Notes under the pieces: generated by a model | Told to the model about the DNA's origin: nothing | Database searches by the model: none | The model's input: the letters and a program-made list of their open reading frames with translations, nothing else | Part shown: one piece after another, positions 15,805 through 25,344 of the stretch | Layout of the letters: each line of letters begins with the position of its first letter | Position numbering within the stretch: the first letter of the stretch is position 1 | From: a virus | Strand: one strand, 5' to 3' | Length of the DNA: 64,000 nucleotides | Virus record (IMG/VR): IMGVR_UViG_3300035703_000025 | Span: 32,001 to 96,000 of that record | Made by a program: the position numbers and the translations under genes

Positions 15805-17749
15805 AAATCTTTATCTTGAGCTTGGTGATACAAGCGCCTTTGATATCAAAAACCCAATTGATATTTATTCGCCAAAAGAAAAAACGGCAGAAGAGCTTAT
15901 AAAAATTGGAATGGACCCAAGATACGTTGGATTTACCGCTAAGCATTTTCTTGGCGTTAATTTGTTCCCGTATCAGATGGCCGTATTAAATGAAATATGG
16001 AACAAAAGACTTCCAATACTTATTGCGACTAGAGGTGGTGCAAAAACAACAATGCTTGGTATTACAGCAATACTAAAGGCAATGTTTAACCAAGGCTCAA
16101 AAATAGTAATTGCTGGTGCTGGTTTAAGACAGTCTGGCCTCGTGTTCGAGTCTATGGAAAACATATGGAAGAACGCGCCTGTCTTGCAGGACATATGCGG
16201 ACCAAACAACGGACCAAAAAGAAGCGTTCTTGGTTTCAATTGGGATCTTGGTGACAGCAAGATCATGGGCATTCCAATAGGAACTGGTGAAAAAATCAGA
16301 GGTCTTAGAGCAAACGTAATTATCGTTGACGAGTTTGCTTCAGTTAACCCAGACATATTTGAGGTTGTAATCAGAGGCTTTGCTGCTGTACAGAGCCAAA
16401 ACACCTTTGAAAAAGTAAAGCAAGAGTATATAAGAAGAGCATTAAAAGAAACGCTTGGAGAAGACGCGATTGACGACAACCTAAAAAACAAAGGTAACCA
16501 AATAATACTTGCTGGTACTGTTAGCTATCAATTCAATCACTTCTACAAGTACTACCAAGACTACGCCAACATTATATCGTCTGAAGGAAAGGCTGGCGTT
16601 GATCCAAGTGAATACGCAATAGTCCGAATACCGTTTGATCAAATGCCTCCAGGGATTATGGATGAAACAATATTGAATCAAGGTAGGGCAACGATGGATT
16701 CAGTAATTTTCAAAATGGAATACGGTTGCGTTTTTGCAAAAGACTCAGAGGGTTTCTATCCAGCCTCAGCCATATACGCAGCCACAAGCCCAGTCAAAAC
16801 ACCAGACGGAGAAGTTTCTTTTACCGTTGAGTCTTACGGAGATAAGACTGCAAAGTACGTTCTTGGAATAGACCCAGCATCAGAAAGAGACAATCTTGCC
16901 ATAAGCATCATAAAGGTTACAGAAAACAGTAGACAGCTAGTTTTTTGCTGGAGCACAAACAGAAAACGATTTGAGGCGGATAAAAAGAAGTATCCAGATA
17001 GATACAAAGAGATCCCAGATTACAACACCTTTATTCTCAGAAAAATACATGATCTTTTCGCTAGATTCAATATTGTTCGAATGCATCTTGACTCTGGTGG
17101 CGGTGGTAGATCAATAATTGAAGGCTTAAAAGATCATACGAAACTGAAAGACGGAGAGTATTGTCTGTACGATATGGACGATGAAGACTGCTCTGACAAA
17201 GTAGGACTTCACGTAATAAAAGTAATTGAATTCTCATCTCGTGAGTGGTACGAGTCATCTCACTTTAACTTACTCAAAGACATTACAACGATGAAAATAT
17301 TATTTCCAGAATACGATGCCGTAGGAATAGAGCAGTCTAAAATATTGGGCCTTGATTCAGATGACGACTACAGTCACGACAATATTCTATCCGAAATAGA
17401 AGAGTGTAAATATCAAACAACTTTGATACAAGAGCAGACTACAGCAAAGGGTCAAAAAAGATGGGACTTGCCAAAAATAAAAGGCGTTGTAACAGAGGGT
17501 ATAAAACTTCGACTTAAAAAAGACCATTTCACAAGTCTGTTATTGGCAAATGACGCAGCAAGAAACTTAGACAATCAGCAGCAGCAAGGCATATCTACAT
17601 TTGGCGGCTACTCCTCAAAATACATTGTGCAAAACAACATAAGGTCAGACTCGATGTATCAGGGCAAGGGCATGAGAAAAATGAAAGGTACCCAAAGATC
17701 TTCAAATATATCGATGGAAGAAGGAAGACAGGGGAACATAGCGTATTAG
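15779..17749 (+). CDS. terminase large subunit
   Basis: LFPYQ, ATRGGAKT Walker A, IRGLRANVIIVDEF Walker B, nuclease LGIDPA and KKDHFTSLLLA. Confidence 0.92.
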   Translation: MTLSQEYLENLYLELGDTSAFDIKNPIDIYSPKEKTAEELIKIGMDPRYVGFTAKHFLGVNLFPYQMAVLNEIWNKRLPILIATRGGAKTTMLGITAILKAMFNQGSKIVIAGAGLRQSGLVFESMENIWKNAPVLQDICGPNNGPKRSVLGFNWDLGDSKIMGIPIGTGEKIRGLRANVIIVDEFASVNPDIFEVVIRGFAAVQSQNTFEKVKQEYIRRALKETLGEDAIDDNLKNKGNQIILAGTVSYQFNHFYKYYQDYANIISSEGKAGVDPSEYAIVRIPFDQMPPGIMDETILNQGRATMDSVIFKMEYGCVFAKDSEGFYPASAIYAATSPVKTPDGEVSFTVESYGDKTAKYVLGIDPASERDNLAISIIKVTENSRQLVFCWSTNRKRFEADKKKYPDRYKEIPDYNTFILRKIHDLFARFNIVRMHLDSGGGGRSIIEGLKDHTKLKDGEYCLYDMDDEDCSDKVGLHVIKVIEFSSREWYESSHFNLLKDITTMKILFPEYDAVGIEQSKILGLDSDDDYSHDNILSEIEECKYQTTLIQEQTTAKGQKRWDLPKIKGVVTEGIKLRLKKDHFTSLLLANDAARNLDNQQQQGISTFGGYSSKYIVQNNIRSDSMYQGKGMRKMKGTQRSSNISMEEGRQGNIAY

Positions 17750-17754
17750 TGTAT
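17749..17754 (+). promoter_or_regulatory. GTGTAT late promoter motif
   Basis: Upstream of portal ATG 17781. Confidence 0.6.
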
Positions 17755-17780
17755 TGACCTTATAGCTAGAATAGGTTAAC

Positions 17781-19418
17781 ATGTCAGAGGAACAGAACTT
17801 TTATATATCGCCAGATCAGGGCAGGCAAGAAGGACTAAATAAACTTGGTCGAGCTATGGCTAGCCAGGATATGGCAGTCGCTGGATTCTATTCAAATCTA
17901 GAAGAAAATATATCTGTTCGACCACCTTTTACAAGAACGACATACGAAAGATTCAGACCGCACGAGCGGATTCCAGATAAAGACAACGACATAATGACGT
18001 CTTGCAGAAACGCTTATCAAAGCGTTGGCGTTATTAGATCTGTTGTTGATTTGATCACAGAAACAGCGGTTGAAGGTCTTGAAATAGTAAGCGAAAACGA
18101 AAACATAACAAACTTTTTCAAGGTTTGGTCAAGCAATGTGGCGCTCAAAGAAAGAAGTGAAAGATTTGCGAATTATTTTGTCGTTGAAGGCAATGTAGTT
18201 GTAAGAAGAAAAACATCGCAAATCGATACTCCAACAGTAAGAAGAATGAAAAGAGCTAACGCTGTTGAAAAAATAGACATACCAACTGAATACGTTTTTT
18301 ATGATCCACAAACAATAAGACTTCTCGGTGGTGAGCTAGCTATTTTTTCTGGAGTCAAGCGCTGGGGAATTAAAGTAAGCTCTGCGCAGGTTCAAGATCT
18401 TAAAGACGCTTACGCTCAAGACAAGAGCATACTTAAAAGTGTTCCAGAAGAAATTAAAAAACTAATTGGTGAAAAAACTAGCGTTGGAGAAACCGTAATA
18501 CCGATTCCAGAAGATGAGGTGTACGTAGCACACTACAAGAAAAAAGACAGCGAAATATGGGCTAAAAGTTTTATTTTTAGCATTTTACACGACGTAATCT
18601 ACAATGAAAAGCTGCGAATGGCAAAAATAAGCGCCCTTGACAGCTGGTACAACTCTGTTCGTCTTTGGAAGCTTGGTGATCACAAAGCTGAAATTTTGCC
18701 AGATACAGGCTCTATTGTAAAGCTTGCTAAAATACTCGAAAACCACACTGGTGGAACGTTAGATGTAATTTGGGATTCAATGTTAGATTACGAACAGTTT
18801 TTCCCGCCAATAGAGAAGCTACAAAACTTTGAAGAAAACTACGAATCAATGCTTCTTGGTCTTGGTGTCCACAAGAGCTTGATAGGTGGCGACAGCAATG
18901 TTCCAGGAAGCTCGGACTCATTCATAGGGCTTAGAAATCTTATGAAAAGAATAGATTGCGTAAGAAGAGCGATGTCTGATTGGATCATGCATGAGGTGAA
19001 TCAAATTTGTGACGACATGGGCTTTCAAGAAAGACCAAAGGTCAGATTCAATAACGACAATCTATTTGATCAACCAAGCTACTTTAAGCTACTTATTGAG
19101 CTTGCAGATAGAAACATCATTTCTAATCAAACCATTCTAGAGAAAATCGGGGAAATGTGGAACATTGAAAAGGCAAGAGTAAAGAACGAAAGCGAGATGA
19201 GAAAAGATGGTGAGGTTCTTGATAAGCTTAGCCCGTTCATTCAAACTATTATACCTGAAAGCAACCACAAAAAAGCAAAAGAGTTGCAACAGTTGCGAGA
19301 GCAAACGCCCGGATCGCAAGAGCCTCCAGGCAAAGCTGGAAGGCCAGATGGTGCAAAGGATACTGTTACGAGAAAAGTTAAGAAAAGAACTCGTGCTGAT
19401 AACAAAAAGAGCACTTAA
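17781..19418 (+). CDS. portal protein
   Basis: Immediately after TerL; 545 aa; CRNAYQSVGVIRSVVDLITE portal-like helix; basic GRP-containing tail. Confidence 0.8.
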   Translation: MSEEQNFYISPDQGRQEGLNKLGRAMASQDMAVAGFYSNLEENISVRPPFTRTTYERFRPHERIPDKDNDIMTSCRNAYQSVGVIRSVVDLITETAVEGLEIVSENENITNFFKVWSSNVALKERSERFANYFVVEGNVVVRRKTSQIDTPTVRRMKRANAVEKIDIPTEYVFYDPQTIRLLGGELAIFSGVKRWGIKVSSAQVQDLKDAYAQDKSILKSVPEEIKKLIGEKTSVGETVIPIPEDEVYVAHYKKKDSEIWAKSFIFSILHDVIYNEKLRMAKISALDSWYNSVRLWKLGDHKAEILPDTGSIVKLAKILENHTGGTLDVIWDSMLDYEQFFPPIEKLQNFEENYESMLLGLGVHKSLIGGDSNVPGSSDSFIGLRNLMKRIDCVRRAMSDWIMHEVNQICDDMGFQERPKVRFNNDNLFDQPSYFKLLIELADRNIISNQTILEKIGEMWNIEKARVKNESEMRKDGEVLDKLSPFIQTIIPESNHKKAKELQQLREQTPGSQEPPGKAGRPDGAKDTVTRKVKKRTRADNKKST

Positions 19419-19438
19419 ATAAATAGCTATTAAAAAAT

Positions 19439-19444
19439 GTGTAT
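19439..19444 (+). promoter_or_regulatory. GTGTAT late promoter motif
   Basis: Followed by GAGG SD and ATG 19462. Confidence 0.65.
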
Positions 19445-19461
19445 TAGCTCATGAGGTAAAT

Positions 19462-19896
19462 ATGCCGATTGAGCTTTTATCAATGATTGGTGGTAGCACT
19501 TTGGGGTTTATTTTTCGCTACCTAGCCGAAAAAAGGCAGGACGAAAAAGAACTCTTTGAAAGAGTAATTGAGGCGAACAAGCAAACAACCTCAAATCAAG
19601 ACCAGGCTGCTAAAAGAGTTCCAATAGACGTAGGAAAGGGAGTTAGACAGCTTATTGTCTTAACTGTTCTTTTTGGTTCTATAGCAGCACCTTTTATACT
19701 TCCATTTTTTGGAGTACCAACATTTGTTGAAGTTGACGCAACAAATCCAGAGGGTCTTTTTGGCATAATTCCAGAAACTAGCAAGAAATTTTTTGTTGAG
19801 GTAAACGGGTTTTTATACTCATCAGAAAATCGACAAATATTACTCAGCATAGTTGGATTTTACTTTGGCACGTCTGCAGCAGCGAGGAAGTCATGA
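19462..19896 (+). CDS. holin-like membrane protein
   Basis: Three hydrophobic segments; C-terminal IVGFYFG typical of 3TM holins. Confidence 0.55.
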   Translation: MPIELLSMIGGSTLGFIFRYLAEKRQDEKELFERVIEANKQTTSNQDQAAKRVPIDVGKGVRQLIVLTVLFGSIAAPFILPFFGVPTFVEVDATNPEGLFGIIPETSKKFFVEVNGFLYSSENRQILLSIVGFYFGTSAAARKS

Positions 19897-20192
19897 AATT
19901 TATGTCTAAAATAATATGGCCATTGTTTTTTACGGTTTCTCTTTTTGGCTGCGACACAACACCAAAGATTATTCCAGACACAACTGGAGATAGTGCCGTT
20001 ATGCTCTCTATTAAAAAATCTATAGAGCACCAGTCTACAGACACAACTGGCTACGGTTGGCTTTTTTGGTACGCGCCAGTTGCACTAATAGCCTTGCTTT
20101 GGGCGTATAGAGAGTTTATAAGAAAGCCACTTCTTTGTGATGATGGTGACGTAAAAGACGAACTAGAAGACAAAAAGGAAGACAACACGTGA
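19893..20192 (+). CDS. lipoprotein with C-terminal TM helix (spanin candidate)
   Basis: Signal peptide with lipobox LFGC; WLFWYAPVALIALLWAY TM segment; ATGA overlap with the holin-like gene. Confidence 0.55.
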   Translation: MKFMSKIIWPLFFTVSLFGCDTTPKIIPDTTGDSAVMLSIKKSIEHQSTDTTGYGWLFWYAPVALIALLWAYREFIRKPLLCDDGDVKDELEDKKEDNT

Positions 20193-20237
20193 GAGCTTGA
20201 TTAGTATTCGGCGGGCCTAGGATGTATGCGCCTGCTT

Positions 20238-20486
20238 TTATGACTTATTCAAGCTTTCACTGTTTAATTTCTTCAATGTTCCGCCAGAGTACTGAAAAAC
20301 CAAAAACTCAGAAGGTACGTCTTCTTTATTTTTTACAGCTCTTGATTTTGCTCTTTTTAGCTCGTTTCTAGTCAAAAGAAGCGGATAAACGTCCCCGTCT
20401 GATTCCAAAAACGCGCAAAAGTAATAAAACTCAGCCTCAGTAGGTTTTTTATTCTTGTTGCGAATTGCATTCTTTTTCTTCTTCAT
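20238..20486 (-). CDS. hypothetical protein
   Basis: GTGTAT (20501-20496) is 9 nt before ATG; LLLTRNELKRAKSRAVKNKED. Confidence 0.7.
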   Translation of the reverse strand: MKKKKNAIRNKNKKPTEAEFYYFCAFLESDGDVYPLLLTRNELKRAKSRAVKNKEDVPSEFLVFQYSGGTLKKLNSESLNKS

Positions 20487-21102
20487 CTAAATAAAATACA
20501 CCTTTTTCTTCAGAAACAGACCACCTATCGCAAGTTTCAGCACTCCACACTCTAGAAGAAACTTTATATCCCTCAGCGCTAGGATTTGGTTTGTTTCCAA
20601 TGAAGTAAGCATCCTTAAACGCTATTCTATTTGTTGGCAGCGCCGCAATCTGCCCGTTATCTAATTTTACTATATGAGCACATTTGTCCTGATCAGGAGT
20701 GTAAACAAATGATGTATCCGGATTTTCGTCTTTTAGCCATTCAACCGTAAACCAATACTCTCCTTGTACCACCTTTCTGTTTCTTAAAAAACAGTCGCAT
20801 TGGTGGCCAAGTAAATAGTCCCACTGTATTATTTGTATTTTTTCAGTAAAGCAATCCCATAACTGCAAATTCTCAAGGCTGTAGTGCTCGGAGCCTTCTT
20901 CTGGCTCGTACCACCACATTGAATGAAGTGGAAGACCACGCCAGTGCGCTCCAGTTTTAAGCATTACATGAAAAAGCAAACTTCTTGCTCGCATTGACCT
21001 AACACCAAAAACATGACCTTCAGTAAAGCCTTCCTTTTCTTCCATGTCGTACAAGAAATCGTTTTTTATGAAAACTTTTATAACTGGCGAGTTCGCGTGC
21101 AT
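20449..21102 (-). CDS. conserved phage hypothetical protein
   Basis: Motif-rich (FGVRS, LLFHVML, LQLWDCF, KCAHIVKLDNGQIAALPTNR); TATAAT 21113-21108 is 5 nt before ATG. Confidence 0.75.
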   Translation of the reverse strand: MHANSPVIKVFIKNDFLYDMEEKEGFTEGHVFGVRSMRARSLLFHVMLKTGAHWRGLPLHSMWWYEPEEGSEHYSLENLQLWDCFTEKIQIIQWDYLLGHQCDCFLRNRKVVQGEYWFTVEWLKDENPDTSFVYTPDQDKCAHIVKLDNGQIAALPTNRIAFKDAYFIGNKPNPSAEGYKVSSRVWSAETCDRWSVSEEKGVFYLDEEEKECNSQQE

Positions 21103-21137
21103 GAAATATTATAGAACTTTTACTCTTTAAAACTAAT

Positions 21138-21143
21138 GTGTAT
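21138..21143 (+). promoter_or_regulatory. GTGTAT late promoter motif
   Basis: 8 nt before ATG 21152. Confidence 0.7.
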
Positions 21144-21151
21144 ATTAAAAC

Positions 21152-23074
21152 ATGAAAGTCTTTGAAGGCGAAAAAGAAATAGCTTCACTTTTAGTTAATA
21201 ACAAAACAAAGTGTGACTCAACTCTAGTCACAGACATTTCTGTAAAAACAGACTCTCTTAATAATGTTTGCAAGGGCAATGCTTGTGCAATCGCCTCAAT
21301 TGCACCGGATGGCTACAAGCCAACCGATGATGTAACTGCTCTATCATCAATACTTGTTAGTGACATATGGAACGCAAACGACGACGTTTTTACATCCGAA
21401 GAAATACTCTCAAGATACTCAACAGCGAAATTTAAACCAATTAATTGGATGCACAAGGGTTCCGAGGACACCGAAAATGAAAACATAGGTGTCATGCTTG
21501 AAACCACACTCGTTGAAGGCGACGTTCCAGAAGTTAACATAATTAAAGCTGATGAGTCTTCTTGCAAAAACCCACGCTCTTGCAGCGGGAAAATACACGT
21601 TAAACAAGACGGTATAATTTGGTCTGGTTACTTCCCGACCTATGCCCAGAAAATAAAAAAGGGCATTGAAGACGGAAAGCTATTTGTTTCAATGGAATGC
21701 TTCTTTGAGGACTTCGGATACGCGCTAAGAAAAGATGATGACTCTGAAATAATATTCCTTGACAGGTCCGACGCAAATTCAAAAATGTCTAAAGATCTTT
21801 TGGCCTTTGGTGGAAAAGGTATCACCCAATACAAAGGTCAGAGATACCAAATTGGAAGATGGCTAAAGAACATAACCTTTTCTGGCCAGGGCGTGGTTTA
21901 CGAACCAGCAAACAAAAAGAAGAACAAAATATACAGCATAATTTTTGCACAAACAGCACAGGACATTATGAACGCAAACTCTCCAATATCCACCCTTCAA
22001 GAGCCTGGGGCTATATTAAATCCCGCAGAAATGCCAGACGACACCTCAAATGTCTCTAGAACAGACACACCACAAGACCTCAAAAACAAAAGAGAAATGC
22101 CAACCTCATTCAAGCCGCCAGCTGATGGATTCTTGTTCTTCACAGCAAAAGAAGCCGAAAGCGTTGGCAAAATAAAGCTTGGCTGCACTGGATACCACCT
22201 TTATCAGGAAGACAGACACGGCGATAAGCCGCTTCTTTACTCTGCTTTAATTGCAGACCCAACAGATATTGAAAAACAAATGGCAATACCTCAGTATCGC
22301 CCATGCGAAGACGAGCGTGAGCTTCGTTTTGTTCTAAAGGAGCTTGGTATCTCCCAAGAATCAGAAACCTCTTATTATATAGACAAGCCAGAGGGCGATT
22401 CTGGTGATATTGAAGAGGGCACTTTTAATCCACAAGAAAACCAAAGCGGGCAACAAGCCACCCAATCAGCACCAGCCCCAGGATCTGCTGGCGAAAATGC
22501 TTTAAGCCAAGCAAACAAAAAAGACAGTAGTTTAGAAAATAAAAATAATTTTGTGTATAAAAACAAAGAGGAAAAAATGTCAGACACTAATACAAAAAAC
22601 GATAACGAGGTTCTTGATCTTAAAGAACAATTAGTTTACGCCGAACAAGCAATTGCTTTGGCTACAACTCATATTGAAAACATGAACCTTAAGCTTGCCC
22701 GTCTAGAAGAACTAGAAGACTTCAAGACACAAGCAGAACAGCTTATTGATCAAGCCTACGAAAACAAAGTGGGCGCTGACAGACTTGCCGAAATGCGAGA
22801 GATGGTTGGTGAAAGCTACACAGAAGAAGACCTTCCAGAGCTTAAGGCCATGTCAGAAGAGGCGTTTGCTGAGCTAAGAAAGGCTGTAAGCAAAGTAAGC
22901 AACAAGATTGAAAAAGTAATCACAGAACAAGAAATTGTTGCAAAGGCTTCACAGGCAATTGCAGCAGCAAAGAAACAACAGTCTCAAACTCCGAATTTTG
23001 TAGTAGCGACTAAGCGTGAAAACAAGGCCGACGTGGCGAAAAATCTCATAGCTCATGCGCTACGTAGAAAATAA
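21152..23074 (+). CDS. prohead protease / scaffold fusion
   Basis: Between portal and capsid genes; WNANDDVF, KPINWMH, VSMECFF, FSGQGVVYEPA resemble herpes/HK97-fold maturation protease motifs; C-terminal coiled coil. Confidence 0.7.
   Translation: MKVFEGEKEIASLLVNNKTKCDSTLVTDISVKTDSLNNVCKGNACAIASIAPDGYKPTDDVTALSSILVSDIWNANDDVFTSEEILSRYSTAKFKPINWMHKGSEDTENENIGVMLETTLVEGDVPEVNIIKADESSCKNPRSCSGKIHVKQDGIIWSGYFPTYAQKIKKGIEDGKLFVSMECFFEDFGYALRKDDDSEIIFLDRSDANSKMSKDLLAFGGKGITQYKGQRYQIGRWLKNITFSGQGVVYEPANKKKNKIYSIIFAQTAQDIMNANSPISTLQEPGAILNPAEMPDDTSNVSRTDTPQDLKNKREMPTSFKPPADGFLFFTAKEAESVGKIKLGCTGYHLYQEDRHGDKPLLYSALIADPTDIEKQMAIPQYRPCEDERELRFVLKELGISQESETSYYIDKPEGDSGDIEEGTFNPQENQSGQQATQSAPAPGSAGENALSQANKKDSSLENKNNFVYKNKEEKMSDTNTKNDNEVLDLKEQLVYAEQAIALATTHIENMNLKLARLEELEDFKTQAEQLIDQAYENKVGADRLAEMREMVGESYTEEDLPELKAMSEEAFAELRKAVSKVSNKIEKVITEQEIVAKASQAIAAAKKQQSQTPNFVVATKRENKADVAKNLIAHALRRK
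22577..23074 (+). CDS. nested in-frame scaffold protein (165 aa)
   Basis: Internal GTGTAT 22553-22558 plus GAGG SD plus in-frame ATG 22577 (MSDTNTK). Confidence 0.65.
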   Translation: MSDTNTKNDNEVLDLKEQLVYAEQAIALATTHIENMNLKLARLEELEDFKTQAEQLIDQAYENKVGADRLAEMREMVGESYTEEDLPELKAMSEEAFAELRKAVSKVSNKIEKVITEQEIVAKASQAIAAAKKQQSQTPNFVVATKRENKADVAKNLIAHALRRK

Positions 23075-23094
23075 TTAAAGCAAATTTTTAATTT

Positions 23095-23100
23095 GTGTAT
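23095..23100 (+). promoter_or_regulatory. GTGTAT late promoter motif
   Basis: Upstream of ATG 23121 with AAGGG SD. Confidence 0.65.
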
Positions 23101-23120
23101 AACATAACAAGGGTAAAAAA

Positions 23121-23672
23121 ATGGCATTAAAACCTGATAGAAACGAACTAGACGTAGACATCTCTTATTTCTGGGCTACCGGTATTGGTTACGGCAGCGA
23201 GCGTGGTGGCTGGGTCAGCGCAACTGGCTCAACCGTTGCTTCTGGTGCCGCTATGGACCAAGCCGCTAACCAAGTTTGGTACGGCCTAAACGCGACAGGC
23301 GTTCGTCCGCTAGGCATTCTTCTAAACGACGTAGTAAACATCGACCTTACCAGACAGATCCTCAACCCATACAAGAGCGAGGTTCAGGTAGGTGACAAGA
23401 TTACAGTCCTTAAGAAGGGCTATGTAGTCACCAACAGAGTCGTAACTACTATGGGCGCAAACAGCGTAACTGTAGTTCCTGGCGCCCCAGCTTTCACTGG
23501 GCCAAGCGGCTTCATTACTAGCGTTGCATCTGGTACTCTCCATATGGCTCCTGGAGCTGGCGACGCGCTTTCACGCTCAATGCTTAACAGCGCTTCTGGC
23601 TCTTACGTAATCGGTAAGTTCCTCTCCAAGGTTGACGAGGACGGTTACGCCAAGGTTTACGTTGATCTATGA
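23121..23672 (+). CDS. head decoration/cement protein
   Basis: Directly before the MCP; PLGILLNDV..GYVVTN..IGKFLS..DGYAKVYV beta-tulip-like pattern. Confidence 0.65.
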   Translation: MALKPDRNELDVDISYFWATGIGYGSERGGWVSATGSTVASGAAMDQAANQVWYGLNATGVRPLGILLNDVVNIDLTRQILNPYKSEVQVGDKITVLKKGYVVTNRVVTTMGANSVTVVPGAPAFTGPSGFITSVASGTLHMAPGAGDALSRSMLNSASGSYVIGKFLSKVDEDGYAKVYVDL

Positions 23673-23714
23673 TTGAGTTAAAAGCTGAATAAAAACAAAA
23701 GAAATAGGTATAAA

Positions 23715-24779
23715 ATGAACAACGAAATCAAAGACAGCGTAGAAACACAAGAATTAACCGACGCAGCAAAGCAGCTGCTTTCCGATGCTGGCAGTAATGA
23801 CAAGGCGGTCTCCATGAGAGCGCAGGCTCAAATTGCAAAAGGCATTGCTTCCGCACTAAACGAGTTCAACTACTCTGAGGCCGTTGAAGGCCCAATCAGA
23901 GAAGGCGTGCTCAAGGGTGACGTTGTTTCTGATATCTTCGTAACCGAAGACTTCAGCACAACCAATGACCTTCGCATTCCTCTTGATCTCCTTGCCCCAG
24001 GCACTGAAAAGGATCACGTTGCCTACGTTATCCCAGATCACGGTAAGATACCAATGCGTAGAGTTGAGGCTGACTACATTCAATTGAACACCTACATGAT
24101 AGGCAGCTCAATTGATTGCACAAGAAAATTCCTCAAGAACGCTAGATTCGACGTTCTTCGTAGAATGATCGAAGTCCTCAACATGTCCTTCGTAAAGAAG
24201 AACAACGACGACGGTTGGCAGACACTTCTCGCTGCAGCCTACGGTCGTGGTATCGCTGCTTATGATGCTGACGCACCAGCTGGTTCTTTCACACCAAAGC
24301 TCGTTAGCCTCATGAAGACCATCGTTCGTAGAAACGGTGGCGGTAACTCCACTAGCACCAATCGTCGCAAGCTCACCGATCTTTACATGTCCCCAGAGGC
24401 ATTTGAAGACATGAGCGCGTGGGGTCTAAGCTTAGTCTCTGATGACATCAGAACCTCAATTCAAAGAAGTGAAGAAGGCGCTGTCCGTGGTATGTACGGC
24501 GTAAACTTCCACGACCTTGATGAGCTTGGTGTTGGCCAAGAGTACCAGCTCTACTACACAGGCGTACTAAGCGGCTCACTCGCTGCTTCCGACGAAGAGC
24601 TTGTAATCGGTCTTGACCTAACTCAGCCAGACAAGTCTTTCATCCACCCAGTATCTCAGAAGATTGAGATCACTGAAGATGAGAATCTCCACAGACACGG
24701 TCTCGTTGGCTTCTACGGATCGATGGAAGGCGGATGGGCTTGCCTAGACGTCAGATACATCCTCGCTGGCTCCTTCTGA
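23715..24779 (+). CDS. major capsid protein
   Basis: 354 aa, canonical position, strong codon bias, followed by a terminator; HK97-like order (backbone helix FDVLRRMIEVLNMSFVKKNNDDGW). Confidence 0.8.
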   Translation: MNNEIKDSVETQELTDAAKQLLSDAGSNDKAVSMRAQAQIAKGIASALNEFNYSEAVEGPIREGVLKGDVVSDIFVTEDFSTTNDLRIPLDLLAPGTEKDHVAYVIPDHGKIPMRRVEADYIQLNTYMIGSSIDCTRKFLKNARFDVLRRMIEVLNMSFVKKNNDDGWQTLLAAAYGRGIAAYDADAPAGSFTPKLVSLMKTIVRRNGGGNSTSTNRRKLTDLYMSPEAFEDMSAWGLSLVSDDIRTSIQRSEEGAVRGMYGVNFHDLDELGVGQEYQLYYTGVLSGSLAASDEELVIGLDLTQPDKSFIHPVSQKIEITEDENLHRHGLVGFYGSMEGGWACLDVRYILAGSF

Positions 24780-24802
24780 TTTACAGTAACGCAAATACTA
24801 AG

Positions 24803-24833
24803 AATCCCGCTCCGTTTGGGGCGGGATTTTTAT
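24803..24833 (+). terminator. intrinsic terminator
   Basis: AATCCCGCTCC-GTTT-GGGGCGGGATT followed by TTT after the MCP. Confidence 0.85.
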
Positions 24834-24835
24834 TT

Positions 24836-24841
24836 GTGTAT
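24836..24841 (+). promoter_or_regulatory. GTGTAT late promoter motif
   Basis: Directly after the terminator; GAGG SD; ATG 24859. Confidence 0.7.
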
Positions 24842-24858
24842 CTAAAATAGAGGAAAAA

Positions 24859-25341
24859 ATGCCATTAGCCCCAACAAATCCAAGCAATGTTAGCGGTGTA
24901 ACAAATCGCGCTATTGTTTATCAAAATCCCACAGTACAGCAAAGTATTACTTATGGTGTAATAGGTCTTGTTTCAGAAAATATAGTAGCCAATCAGTTTG
25001 TATACGATAAAACAATCAAGCCTTTTGCAACAGGATGGCCTTCAATAGACTCTACTGGAAGATATCTTTTTGCTTCAGAAAGTGGTCATCACGGAGAGCC
25101 AGTTGAGTCTATTCTAATTTACAATCCAGGCCCAACAGCAATGCGCGTTGGTTACAACATACCAGTTTCTGGCAGCTGGTCCTCTGAGCCTGGCTTTCCT
25201 CTTGGTTCTGGTGACAGCATACAGTTTGGTGGTCAAAATATAGGAACCGTAAGAAATGCTTGGGCAAAAACAGTATCTGGCGACTCTGGTGCTGGTCAAG
25301 TCATTTACGTACAAACATATCCAAAAGATCACTGGGTCTAA
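24859..25341 (+). CDS. putative virion structural protein
   Basis: Beta-rich, in the head-tail operon. Confidence 0.55.
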   Translation: MPLAPTNPSNVSGVTNRAIVYQNPTVQQSITYGVIGLVSENIVANQFVYDKTIKPFATGWPSIDSTGRYLFASESGHHGEPVESILIYNPGPTAMRVGYNIPVSGSWSSEPGFPLGSGDSIQFGGQNIGTVRNAWAKTVSGDSGAGQVIYVQTYPKDHWV

Positions 25342-25344
25342 AAA

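Noticed and set aside
15779-17749. Intein or intron in the terminase
   Set aside because: Length and motif spacing are ordinary; no splice-junction or LAGLIDADG motifs seen.
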